A DNA stretch of 64,000 bases, from positions 96,001-160,000 of the forward strand of contig JAVBPW010000001.1 in the NCBI GenBank assembly GCA_031549385.1, in the 5' to 3' direction. The position numbers and the translations under genes are program-made. The notes beneath the pieces were generated by a model that saw only the letters and a list, made by a program, of their open reading frames with translations, had not been told where the DNA came from and searched no databases. The DNA is from Alphaproteobacteria bacterium (GTDB taxonomy: Bacteria > Pseudomonadota > Alphaproteobacteria > Rs-D84 > SZUA-605). Below are positions 29,314 through 38,743 of this stretch, piece by piece (positions within the stretch are counted from its first letter, which is position 1; each line of letters starts with the position of its first letter).

Positions 29314-30504
29314 TTAATTCCTTTCGTCTATAAAGCCCATTATGTGTAGATAGTATCCTAAAGCACCACCTTGAAGTAGTTGCAATCTTATATAATAACC
29401 TCCATCTTGATTTACTGGATAACTATCTACTACTACAGTTACTCCACTTAATGGATTTGTTTTTACTAATAATTTTGCAGGGTCAGTTGAATGATATCTC
29501 ATTTCAATTAAAAAATTATATCCTTCTACAGATAGTATCGGACGAATCAAGTTTCCAAAGCCAATATCAACAAATTCAAAATTTTTATTTACTATTTGAT
29601 AATCTAGTTGAATTTTTGGAGTGAATACTCTTACTGCTCCTCCTGCTTGTTCAAATGTAGTTATTTGAAGAATATTACCTGTTGAATCTGTTTTTATTAT
29701 TCCTACTCTTCTGAACTTTGTAAAACTTCCTGAATTTTTTATTAAGTTAACTGCATTTTTGTCTGTATCAAACCCTGCGTCTACTTCCATTGTTTTTGGA
29801 TTTAGTAAAACAAATACATAATAAACTTGATTATTTAACATAACCATGTTTGGTGCAAGACCACCTGAAGTTGTTCCTTTTTCAAAATTCAAATTTAACT
29901 TCTTACTTATTGGAGATTTTAATACTATATCACAAGTATCCTCATAATCTCTTGCACGACCTTTAGAAATTACTATTTCTTTATTGATATTAGTTGTAAG
30001 ATTTGAAACTAATAAACCTTCTATATATCTTGGAGGAAGACCTACATATTCCATTAGAGTTTCTTTATATATGTGAGGAGTTATTGCTTTATCTGTATTT
30101 TGACCATCAATTGCTTCTTGTTTTGTCGCAAGAGAGATTACCCCTCTTTTGTTTGAACTTGCATAGCTTTCTTGAGTGCAATTGCTTAAGTCATTTTTTA
30201 ATAAACCTTTTGCAAGAAGAGTTGATGTGTCTACATTGCTTAAATCAGTTTTTACTATACCTTTGTCTGTAAATACTTCATCTGATACGTTTGATAAATT
30301 TGAATCTGTTAAACCTTTATTTAATAAAGTTTGAAGTTCTACATTTTCTAAATCTTCCCTTGCTAGAGGCATTCCACCTACTGTTTTGTTGTCATGAATC
30401 ACTCCTGTTGATTTGTCTGTGTCTACTGTAATTTCTCCTGAAAGACCGGTAAACAACCCATGTTTGGCAGTTGAGCCACGACGAAATTGTACTGCTTTTG
30501 TCAT
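29314..30504 (-). CDS. phage tail-fibre-like protein (Mtd_N-like N-terminus, DLSNV repeats, fibre repeat)
   Basis: VQFRRGST...FTGLSGEITVDTDK...HDNKTVGG.PLA; four D/NLxNV-like repeats; ASSNKRGVISLAT..EA..G...KAITP; AAGGA SD before ATG 30504. Confidence 0.75.
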   Translation of the reverse strand: MTKAVQFRRGSTAKHGLFTGLSGEITVDTDKSTGVIHDNKTVGGMPLAREDLENVELQTLLNKGLTDSNLSNVSDEVFTDKGIVKTDLSNVDTSTLLAKGLLKNDLSNCTQESYASSNKRGVISLATKQEAIDGQNTDKAITPHIYKETLMEYVGLPPRYIEGLLVSNLTTNINKEIVISKGRARDYEDTCDIVLKSPISKKLNLNFEKGTTSGGLAPNMVMLNNQVYYVFVLLNPKTMEVDAGFDTDKNAVNLIKNSGSFTKFRRVGIIKTDSTGNILQITTFEQAGGAVRVFTPKIQLDYQIVNKNFEFVDIGFGNLIRPILSVEGYNFLIEMRYHSTDPAKLLVKTNPLSGVTVVVDSYPVNQDGGYYIRLQLLQGGALGYYLHIMGFIDERN

Positions 30505-30598
30505 TTTATATTCCTTTATATTTAAAATAAAAAATACCAAAATAAATTAATATTTTGGTATTAAAAAATGGGCACTATTGTCCCATAAATCTTTGTTT

Positions 30599-30627
30599 AT
30601 TATACAAAATATTTTTCAAAAAGTCAA
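30599..30627 (-). promoter_or_regulatory. sigma70-type promoter upstream of the tail-fibre gene
   Basis: TTGACT-N17-TATAAT on the minus strand. Confidence 0.6.
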
Positions 30628-30628
30628 G

Positions 30629-31984
30629 TTATTTCTTTTTATATATCTTTGCCATAATACTTTTTGCTTGAGCTTTTTGAGTATTTTCAACACTTGTAAC
30701 TTGAGCATTTATGTAATTTTTTACGTTGTTTGTAAAGCTTGCTTCTTTTAGTAAACCTTCAGCTTCTTTTTTTAATATTGTAAACATATAAAAACCTAAT
30801 TGTAAGCCAAATATCATCTTTAACCAGTTAATCCAATTTGCAGGATTGTGGAAACCTGCTATTAGACCCGCAATTACTGTTCCTTTTATTTCACCATTGT
30901 CATCATAAAATACACTGTCTGGATTCATTAAATCTTTTGCTTGAAGCATATTGTCACCTGCCGACATACCTGTTGGAATATCAATTACCATTTCACCAAG
31001 AACGTATTGTAAGAAGATTCCTAAAATTCCAATAGCTACCGACCAAAATAGAAAACCCAATACTCCATTCTTAAACATATTAACTATATTAGCTCGCCAA
31101 CCACTTGCAAATTTTAAAAATCCACTTTCTTCATTTTCTAATGCATATGAAAATATAGCTAGAGGGAATAACATTATAGACAAACATATCTGAAGTATTA
31201 CAGATATCATCATCCATAACATTTCAAGCCCAAGACTAAACCCTTTGGTTATGAAAAAAAATCCTACAGAAAAAACTACATATGACATATATTCAAGTGC
31301 TTTACTTACAATTCTGCCAACATAAGGAATCATGTTTGCAAAAAATGAACCTATAAATTCTCCTGCTGATGTTACCGTCATCCAAGTTCCTAGCCTCATT
31401 AAAACATCAATTTGTTTTGCACTTATGTTTACTGGGCAAACTATTTTTGCTTTTGTTTCTGCAGAGATTGCCTCATCAGCTTCTGGATTTGCTTCTTTTG
31501 TGTAATTTTCTACACACTTTTCATAATTACTATCTACATTAACCATAAATCCTGTTGTATAGGTGGAGGCTAAATTTAATATTGGATCAACTGTTATTTC
31601 AAAAAGAAACTTTTGATTAGTGTTTAAAAGTATTAATGAAATAAGAACAAAGAAGAGTCTTTTCCAAAAACTTTTTCTTAAAAATTTATAATCTTCTTGA
31701 TTTAATATTACTCTTATTACTATTCCCGCTATGTAAAACAAAAAGAATATGTAGATCAAATTTCTTACTAATTTAGCTAAAAGTTCTGCAGTTGAATATG
31801 CAAGTGGAGATAAAGCATCAAGAACAATCATGCCTAATGATGATATCCAATTAGGTATATTTCCTGTTACTTCAATAACATCTCTTGTTATTACTCTGGT
31901 ACCAGTTTTAAGAACTTGAGCATAAAGAGCATCACAGCTTAAACATAATAATACAATCATAAATAGGAATAAAATTTTCTTCAT
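30629..31984 (-). CDS. VirB6/TrbL-like polytopic membrane protein 5
   Basis: Signal peptide, multiple TMs, C..x20..KIVC pair, core ILQICLSIMLFPLAIFSYAL. Confidence 0.6.
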   Translation of the reverse strand: MKKILFLFMIVLLCLSCDALYAQVLKTGTRVITRDVIEVTGNIPNWISSLGMIVLDALSPLAYSTAELLAKLVRNLIYIFFLFYIAGIVIRVILNQEDYKFLRKSFWKRLFFVLISLILLNTNQKFLFEITVDPILNLASTYTTGFMVNVDSNYEKCVENYTKEANPEADEAISAETKAKIVCPVNISAKQIDVLMRLGTWMTVTSAGEFIGSFFANMIPYVGRIVSKALEYMSYVVFSVGFFFITKGFSLGLEMLWMMISVILQICLSIMLFPLAIFSYALENEESGFLKFASGWRANIVNMFKNGVLGFLFWSVAIGILGIFLQYVLGEMVIDIPTGMSAGDNMLQAKDLMNPDSVFYDDNGEIKGTVIAGLIAGFHNPANWINWLKMIFGLQLGFYMFTILKKEAEGLLKEASFTNNVKNYINAQVTSVENTQKAQAKSIMAKIYKKK

Positions 31985-33402
31985 TATTTCAATTTACCTC
32001 CTATGAAATCCATTATAAAGTTTCCACCATTTTTTAATTTATCAAGACCTTTATTGAATAAATCTATTCCTAGGTTGCTTAAATTATTAATCAATAAATC
32101 TTCTTTATTTAGTTTTACCTTTCCTTTTATAAAATTAAACATTTCAAATGTTAGTTTTGATAATGCCATAATTATTAAAAGCATCATTAATCCCCAATTT
32201 GTGTCTGGAGTTGGTAATTTTTTGTAACAATCTAATGTTTGTTTGTTTAATTTAGACATATCTATATTAGTACTCCAAGTGTCACCTTTAAGACTTGAAC
32301 TTTTTATTATTTCAACACATTTATCATATTCTTGCTTAGCTTTTGATGCTTGCCTTGTATCAACTTTATTAAAATAGTCAGGGAAAAGATATGAATAATT
32401 ATCTTGAGGGCCTGGAAAATATATGTCACCAACCTTCATATAAACTGCATATACAACAACAAATGCTATTGATAATGTTACCATATAGAGAGCAGCATTT
32501 ATTACGGCATTAAGAGCAAAAGATTTCATCCAATCAACTGGTTTTTTAAGAGCTGTTTCAAATACCCATCCCACCAGAAGTAATGGTAAGATTATAACTG
32601 GAATTAATAATGATATTAAAATATCTAACATCATAAAGGCTATATATAAAAGCAATGAGAAGAAAGCTAGGAATATCCAATAACCAGATAGAGTTGCTGT
32701 TATACTCATCATACTCATTCCCATAGACATTAGCTGTCCACCACCTTGCATTCCACCCATCATAATTAATGATGTTGATGATACATAACATAAGAAGTCT
32801 TTTTTCATTTCATTTGAAAATACAGAATCATCTGCCCCGCCACCTTCTGACTTATAGTTATCACACATACCTTCTGGAAGTTGTAGGATACTTTGAGAAA
32901 CATAACTTCCCATTTTCATTACTGGACCTATATAACCTCTTGCTGCTAATTTTACAAAATTGATTGTTGAATTTGTAAATGCTCCTAATAATATTGTTAT
33001 TAAAACAGCTCTCCATAATCTGCCTATTATTTTGCTTAGATATTGTTTTGGAGTTGTTTCATTTACTTTTAGAATTGTTTCAAATGTATAATATATTGTC
33101 CATAATACTAATCCTATTGCTAATAATTGCATTGATGATGAGATTAAAAAGTCAAGAGCATAGTCTGCGGCTACTCTAAATACATCAAATAATTTTGCTA
33201 ATAAATCACAACCTATACATGACGATGAATTTATAACATCACATCCTGGTTGTGTTGGATCGCATCCTATTGTACTTGTTAGCCAATCAGTTACATTGCC
33301 ACCACCAGCACCTTTGTTTGTTGGGGATGCAAAAAATATTACAAGAAACGGTAGTACCGAAAATGTAAAATATTTAATAAGCATAAATATAATTTTTGCC
33401 AT
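31984..33402 (-). CDS. VirB6/TrbL-like polytopic membrane protein 4
   Basis: CIGC, MKKDFLC, core LDILISLLIPVIILPLLLVGWVF. Confidence 0.6.
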   Translation of the reverse strand: MAKIIFMLIKYFTFSVLPFLVIFFASPTNKGAGGGNVTDWLTSTIGCDPTQPGCDVINSSSCIGCDLLAKLFDVFRVAADYALDFLISSSMQLLAIGLVLWTIYYTFETILKVNETTPKQYLSKIIGRLWRAVLITILLGAFTNSTINFVKLAARGYIGPVMKMGSYVSQSILQLPEGMCDNYKSEGGGADDSVFSNEMKKDFLCYVSSTSLIMMGGMQGGGQLMSMGMSMMSITATLSGYWIFLAFFSLLLYIAFMMLDILISLLIPVIILPLLLVGWVFETALKKPVDWMKSFALNAVINAALYMVTLSIAFVVVYAVYMKVGDIYFPGPQDNYSYLFPDYFNKVDTRQASKAKQEYDKCVEIIKSSSLKGDTWSTNIDMSKLNKQTLDCYKKLPTPDTNWGLMMLLIIMALSKLTFEMFNFIKGKVKLNKEDLLINNLSNLGIDLFNKGLDKLKNGGNFIMDFIGGKLK

Positions 33403-33405
33403 CTC

Positions 33406-35205
33406 TTAAAACCATCCTTTTATTTTTCCAAAAACATTTTTAACACCACCCCAAGCTTGCTTTCCATAAGCCCTTACACCACGAGCATATCTTGGGTCTA
33501 ATCTTAAATTTGCAGCGTCTTTGAATTTAGTTTTTGTATCAAGAACATCTTTTACGCCATCAATTGCATTGTCTTCAAATTTTTTACCATAACCGCTGTC
33601 AAAATCACTTATATCTTTATCAAAGTATTTTACAAATTCATTTGTATATTTTGGTATTTGTTTTATGAAATGACTTGATATAAAACCTATGATTATTAAT
33701 TCAAATAATCCAGCTCCAAAATAGCCTAATTTTTCTGCTATTTCAGGTGTTATGTTTTCTGCATCTGGTAAAGATATAGCTTTTAACATAAGCATTATTA
33801 GCATAGTAAAGAATGCTGTAAAAATACTTATGAAACAAATTTGAACTAGACTTTTCCAAATATCTTTGAATGAAAAGAAATTTGTTTTGTAATCAATTAC
33901 CCAGAAAGCTATTGATAATGGTAAGAAGAATAGACATTTACATATTTCTATTAACGGTGAAATAAGATACATAGAAATTGCAAAAAGATTTTTTAAGAAT
34001 AAAAATATTAATATTAATCCTGGAATTATTTTGAATTTACCTAGTAAACTGAAACCTAATAAAACAGGTTCCATTAAAACTTTGAAACTGCTTTGAACTA
34101 AACACATATAGTTTTGTTTGAATGAGTTTCCTAGCATTTCAAATTCACCACCCATGTTAGAAAGATTATATGTACATGAGAAATCTTTACCCATTATTCC
34201 TTGGACTAAAATTGACGTTAGATCAAATATTGGCTTTGCAATAAATTCTATTATTTCTTTTGGAATAAAAAATGTAGTTGGAGCTGGGAGAAGGACTAAA
34301 CCTGCTATTATTAATTTTACAGCTTGCTTTACATATTTTTTATTCATATCTTTTGGGCTCATAGTAGGTCCCGTGATTCCACCATATATACCTTTGAAAA
34401 TATCCCAACCTAAAAATATTATTAGAAGGCATGCTGTCATATAAAATACAAAATCTTTTATGTTCACAAAAAACATGTACGTATATTGAGAAATAAAATT
34501 ATAAAAAGTTTCATATATAGGACAAATGAAACAACCTGATTTGAAAGTTTTAATAGCCATAAAGAAACCTTCGTTATAACATCCTGGTCTCCAATCTATT
34601 GTCTTTATATCATAGCTTCCTATTTTTAGTTGAGATTTTGACTTAGTTTCTTTTGTTGGAGCCATAACGCCTAATGTTTGACCAAATGGGGATAAAAATT
34701 GACCTCTGGAAACTGATACTGGTCTGTATGCTGAAGATAATATATTAAACTCATCAAATCCATAATCAGAACAAATATCCCATGCAATTCTTCCTCTTTT
34801 TTCAAATTGCCCTTTGTCATTTAAAAATACATTTTGAGTTGATTTATCCATTTTAATTCTTTCATCTATTATTTGACTTATAGTTGAAGAATCAATTAGC
34901 ATTCTTCTTTGGCTTGCTATTTGATGAATTTCATTTGCTATACCTGGATTTAAATCAAATGATATAAATATTGATGGATTTGTATCTTGTGGGAAAAGCT
35001 TTAAATAATCAGAATAACTTATTTTACCCATTCCTGTTTGTTTTAAATAATGAATATCATAACAAGAAAAAGATGATGAAAAGCCACTTATATCATTATT
35101 TGATAAACCTAATACATCTTGTAATTTTCCACTACAAGAAGCATGTGCATTATTAGCAAATAATACAAAAGTTAGAACAGCAAAAATTATTCTAAGCTGT
35201 TTTAT
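33406..35205 (-). CDS. VirB6/TrbL-like polytopic membrane protein 3 (probable ATA start; first ATG at 35031)
   Basis: CFIC, FKQNYMC, core LIEICKCLFFLPLSIAFWVI; the frame is open 58 codons upstream of the ATG and encodes a signal peptide, with AGGAGG 6 nt before the ATA. Confidence 0.6.
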   Translation of the reverse strand: MKQLRIIFAVLTFVLFANNAHASCSGKLQDVLGLSNNDISGFSSSFSCYDIHYLKQTGMGKISYSDYLKLFPQDTNPSIFISFDLNPGIANEIHQIASQRRMLIDSSTISQIIDERIKMDKSTQNVFLNDKGQFEKRGRIAWDICSDYGFDEFNILSSAYRPVSVSRGQFLSPFGQTLGVMAPTKETKSKSQLKIGSYDIKTIDWRPGCYNEGFFMAIKTFKSGCFICPIYETFYNFISQYTYMFFVNIKDFVFYMTACLLIIFLGWDIFKGIYGGITGPTMSPKDMNKKYVKQAVKLIIAGLVLLPAPTTFFIPKEIIEFIAKPIFDLTSILVQGIMGKDFSCTYNLSNMGGEFEMLGNSFKQNYMCLVQSSFKVLMEPVLLGFSLLGKFKIIPGLILIFLFLKNLFAISMYLISPLIEICKCLFFLPLSIAFWVIDYKTNFFSFKDIWKSLVQICFISIFTAFFTMLIMLMLKAISLPDAENITPEIAEKLGYFGAGLFELIIIGFISSHFIKQIPKYTNEFVKYFDKDISDFDSGYGKKFEDNAIDGVKDVLDTKTKFKDAANLRLDPRYARGVRAYGKQAWGGVKNVFGKIKGWF

Positions 35206-37046
35206 GGGTTTCCTCCTGGGGTTCTTGCGTTTCTTATACGCTCATATCTTTCTCTGAAAGATGCGCTTGTTGGTTTTGTAACCGTATCACTTATTAGTTT
35301 CTTACTTGTATTAAATTTTTTCACTGCATTATCTTTTGTTGCTATCATATCTTTATACAAAGATCCAGATGGAAGTTGAGTATTGAACATTTGACTTATC
35401 CAACCCTTCATATTGTTAAATACCCATGATATAGCAAGACCTATAAAGATAGCTTCAGCAAATGTGATATCGTTTGCAAGAGTGGTAAATAATTTATTGT
35501 CATTTAATAAATTTGCAGCTTGAATTTGCTCGAATGTTAAGTTCTTTGTTAAAAATACTTTTACTACAAGAGTATTAATTATTACAAATACTGGTAATGT
35601 TGCTAATGTATATGCTATTTTAATAAATACTTCTATTGTTTTGTCTTGAGCTGCTTTACGAGATTCTGGAAATATCCAAGCAACCCCATATAGTGGTAAG
35701 AATACTAATACTGTTATTATATCAAGTATTAAATCTAATAACATTTTTACATATTCCCATGTTATAGTCCAAAAGATATAAACTAATGCAAGTCCTGTAA
35801 AGAATTTTCCTAAACCTCCAAAACCAAATATCATTTTCATTCCTAGGATTATCATTTGACCATTAATCATTCCTATAGTTTTTAAATAATGAGCAAAATA
35901 TAAAGAAGCATTTTCAAACATAATATCTGTTTTTGTTGGAGCTGATAAAAAATCATAAGCTGTTCCAAATCCTGAAACAGATAAAATCTTTTCTCCTATA
36001 AATAATCCTATTCTTAATATTGGTTCAAAAATATAATTTACTAATTCAACCGGCGTTAATAACGAAAATATTAAATAAAAGAAAGCCATGTAAATAACAA
36101 TATTAAAACCATCGTTAAATATTTTTGGCATATTAAGAGTTCTTTCTTCTAATTCTAATTGACTGAAAACATTATAGCTTTTTAAAACTTGATAGAATAT
36201 CCAAATCATTAATAAAATTGGTAATAACACAAATGCTACATTTACAAAATAATCATATGTCTGAATAGATACATAGGTCATTGTTTTAAATAATGCTGTT
36301 ATTATAGTTCCACTTGTTAAAGCTCCTAGTAATCCACTTAAATTACCGCCTATTAAATTCCAACTATCTTGTGAACATTTTTCACTCCATTCTATTGGAT
36401 AACCAGATGTATTGTTTATTATCATTTCACCTTTTAATGTTCCATTTACCGGCTTTTCATAGTTAATTTTTATATCACCTAAAATTTGTCCAGAAAAAGA
36501 ATATATCGAAAAGTTGTTTGTATTTATAAATACAGGAGCTTTTAATTTAGGAAATATAGATGCCATTCTTTGAAGATCCCCGTTTCTTGCACATTGTATA
36601 TTAGACCCTGAAAATTCTGTATTTGTTATAATTCCATTATTTACTCGTAAACGTTGTCTTAATATATATTGATTAACCATTTCCATTGCTGCATTTGTAT
36701 CTTTTGATACTCCGGTATCTAATTTAGAAAATGTAGAAAAATAAATTATGTCTTTTATATCACCAAGACTTCTAAAATAATTTGCTGATTTAGTTTCTGT
36801 TGGAAAATATGTTTTTACTGCTTCCATTAATTTATTAGAATATTCTGATACAGACATATTTAACTGGTTCTTTATTTGATATGCTATTTCCCAACAATGA
36901 AATTGCCCTGCTTCTGCATTGTTGTTCATAAATTGATTATAACCATCAGGAGTTACAGAATAATATTTTAATTCTTCCTGAGAACAATTGCTGAATGCAG
37001 GAAATGTAAATAAGAAAGCTAAAAGGAATAAGAATAATTTCTTCAT
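35202..37046 (-). CDS. VirB6/TrbL-like polytopic membrane protein 2
   Basis: Signal peptide, periplasmic N-domain, core LDLILDIITVLVFLPLYGVAWIFPESR. Confidence 0.6.
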   Translation of the reverse strand: MKKLFLFLLAFLFTFPAFSNCSQEELKYYSVTPDGYNQFMNNNAEAGQFHCWEIAYQIKNQLNMSVSEYSNKLMEAVKTYFPTETKSANYFRSLGDIKDIIYFSTFSKLDTGVSKDTNAAMEMVNQYILRQRLRVNNGIITNTEFSGSNIQCARNGDLQRMASIFPKLKAPVFINTNNFSIYSFSGQILGDIKINYEKPVNGTLKGEMIINNTSGYPIEWSEKCSQDSWNLIGGNLSGLLGALTSGTIITALFKTMTYVSIQTYDYFVNVAFVLLPILLMIWIFYQVLKSYNVFSQLELEERTLNMPKIFNDGFNIVIYMAFFYLIFSLLTPVELVNYIFEPILRIGLFIGEKILSVSGFGTAYDFLSAPTKTDIMFENASLYFAHYLKTIGMINGQMIILGMKMIFGFGGLGKFFTGLALVYIFWTITWEYVKMLLDLILDIITVLVFLPLYGVAWIFPESRKAAQDKTIEVFIKIAYTLATLPVFVIINTLVVKVFLTKNLTFEQIQAANLLNDNKLFTTLANDITFAEAIFIGLAISWVFNNMKGWISQMFNTQLPSGSLYKDMIATKDNAVKKFNTSKKLISDTVTKPTSASFRERYERIRNARTPGGNP

Positions 37047-38425
37047 TATGGCTTTCCTCTTATCATTTTTATTATTTTTCCACCATTATCTTTGAGATAT
37101 TTATAACCATCTTTTGCTTTGTCTGTTGCTGTTCCCATAACTTTCCAAGCACTATCAGCCAATCCTGTTTGAAGTTGTATTCCTAATTTACCTGCAAGAG
37201 ACGGAGCAAGCGATAATAAGAAAACACTTATCACTGGAGCAAATAATAAATAAAAGAATGATTTAGAACCTAGATAAACATTGTCTATTATGAAATCTAT
37301 ATTTTTATCACCTATTGCTTTTAAAATACTTGTATAGGAATCACCACCAAGTGATGTTGACCAAGCTGCTTGAGAAACTAAATTTACTATACTTAACATT
37401 AAACATAGAAATATCAATGTAAATACTGCATTAATTAATTGATTGATTGATGTCAAATATATCCCATTAATTCTTGGAATTGGTTCTTGTCCTCGAGTTG
37501 TTACATAACTTAAAATAGAAAACGGTAAGAATAAAAATATGAAATATAGCTGCAAGAAAACTTCCAAAATATAAAAAGCAAAACAAAATGCTGCTGCAAA
37601 ATAAGCACCTGTTATTATTGCTCCTGCTGCCATCATTTTTAAATTTGGTATAAGATAAATCCAATTATATTTTACATGCCCAGAATAAAAAAATAATGAG
37701 TTACCTACTATCAACCCAATAGAATTGATTGATTCTGCTTGTTGCGTTAAACACCCCATCTGTTTTTTTATGTCTTTGAAATAATTATATTCTGGGTCTT
37801 TGTAATTCACTACATCTTCCCAACTTTGCTTTTCAGCCATACATGACATGAAGAAATTTTCTGCATTTTTACTTCCACCTAATGCTGTTAATTTTACTCC
37901 ATATGTCATTGCTACTGATAAAGATGGATTGATAATATATTGAAATAATAATTTTGGAGTTGGAGAAGCTAATAAAATAAATGCGATTGCCATTGCAAAA
38001 ACCTTAGGTCCAAAAACTTTATATAATCTTTCTCCATTTATATCTCGCCCTTTTCCATCACCTAATGGCGTTCTGCTTAAAAAACTTGTTATAATCATCC
38101 AAAATATATAAAAAATAAATATTATTGGAATTGCCGCAATTATGTAAGGAGCAAGAGATTCATACATTCCATTACTTCCTATTATTACATAATCAAGTGT
38201 TCTTGCTACATACTTACATGTGTAACACTCTGAATACTGTTCATATAAAAATTTAAATATGTCACCACCTGCTAATGTTAAAACACTGCTCATAAAAACT
38301 GTTAATCCTGTTAGTATGCTGAATACCCATGTAGTTAATGCTATCCAAGAAGCATGAGCTGAAGTAGATACAAAAATTAAACAGCTAAAAACTATAGCTG
38401 GTAAAAAAAACTTATTTTTTTTCAT
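37046..38425 (-). CDS. VirB6/TrbL-like polytopic membrane protein 1
   Basis: Signal peptide (SAHA), CYTC, IKKQMGC, core LEVFLQLYFIFLFLPFSILSYV, APSLAGKLG. Confidence 0.6.
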   Translation of the reverse strand: MKKNKFFLPAIVFSCLIFVSTSAHASWIALTTWVFSILTGLTVFMSSVLTLAGGDIFKFLYEQYSECYTCKYVARTLDYVIIGSNGMYESLAPYIIAAIPIIFIFYIFWMIITSFLSRTPLGDGKGRDINGERLYKVFGPKVFAMAIAFILLASPTPKLLFQYIINPSLSVAMTYGVKLTALGGSKNAENFFMSCMAEKQSWEDVVNYKDPEYNYFKDIKKQMGCLTQQAESINSIGLIVGNSLFFYSGHVKYNWIYLIPNLKMMAAGAIITGAYFAAAFCFAFYILEVFLQLYFIFLFLPFSILSYVTTRGQEPIPRINGIYLTSINQLINAVFTLIFLCLMLSIVNLVSQAAWSTSLGGDSYTSILKAIGDKNIDFIIDNVYLGSKSFFYLLFAPVISVFLLSLAPSLAGKLGIQLQTGLADSAWKVMGTATDKAKDGYKYLKDNGGKIIKMIRGKP

Positions 38426-38660
38426 TTTTTTTACCCTTTTTCTTTGAATCTTTTTTGAAGGAAAAAATTTTTACAAATTCTTCTTTTGTTATTTTAAAAA
38501 TTTCATTTGAAGATACGAATCCCTTCTTTTTTAAAACAATATAAGCACATAAAACAATTATTATTAGACAAACAATATAAAATAGCAAAATTTGCTTGCT
38601 AATTAGCAATAAAAATAATAATAAACCACTGAAAAACAATACTATTTGTTTATTTGTCAT
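38412..38660 (-). CDS. small two-TM membrane protein, first gene of the VirB6-like operon
   Basis: Hydrophobic hairpin and basic tail; overlaps the next gene start. Confidence 0.6.
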   Translation of the reverse strand: MTNKQIVLFFSGLLLFLLLISKQILLFYIVCLIIIVLCAYIVLKKKGFVSSNEIFKITKEEFVKIFSFKKDSKKKGKKNEKK

Positions 38661-38675
38661 ATTTTTTCTTTTTAC

Positions 38676-38704
38676 TTGACTTTTCCCCTTACTTTCAGTA
38701 TAAT
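38676..38704 (+). promoter_or_regulatory. sigma70-type promoter of the divergent operon
   Basis: TTGACT-N17-TATAAT, ~40 nt before ATG 38744. Confidence 0.7.
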
Positions 38705-38743
38705 GGAAACGTCGAAAAAAAACAACAGAAAAAGGTAGGTAAA

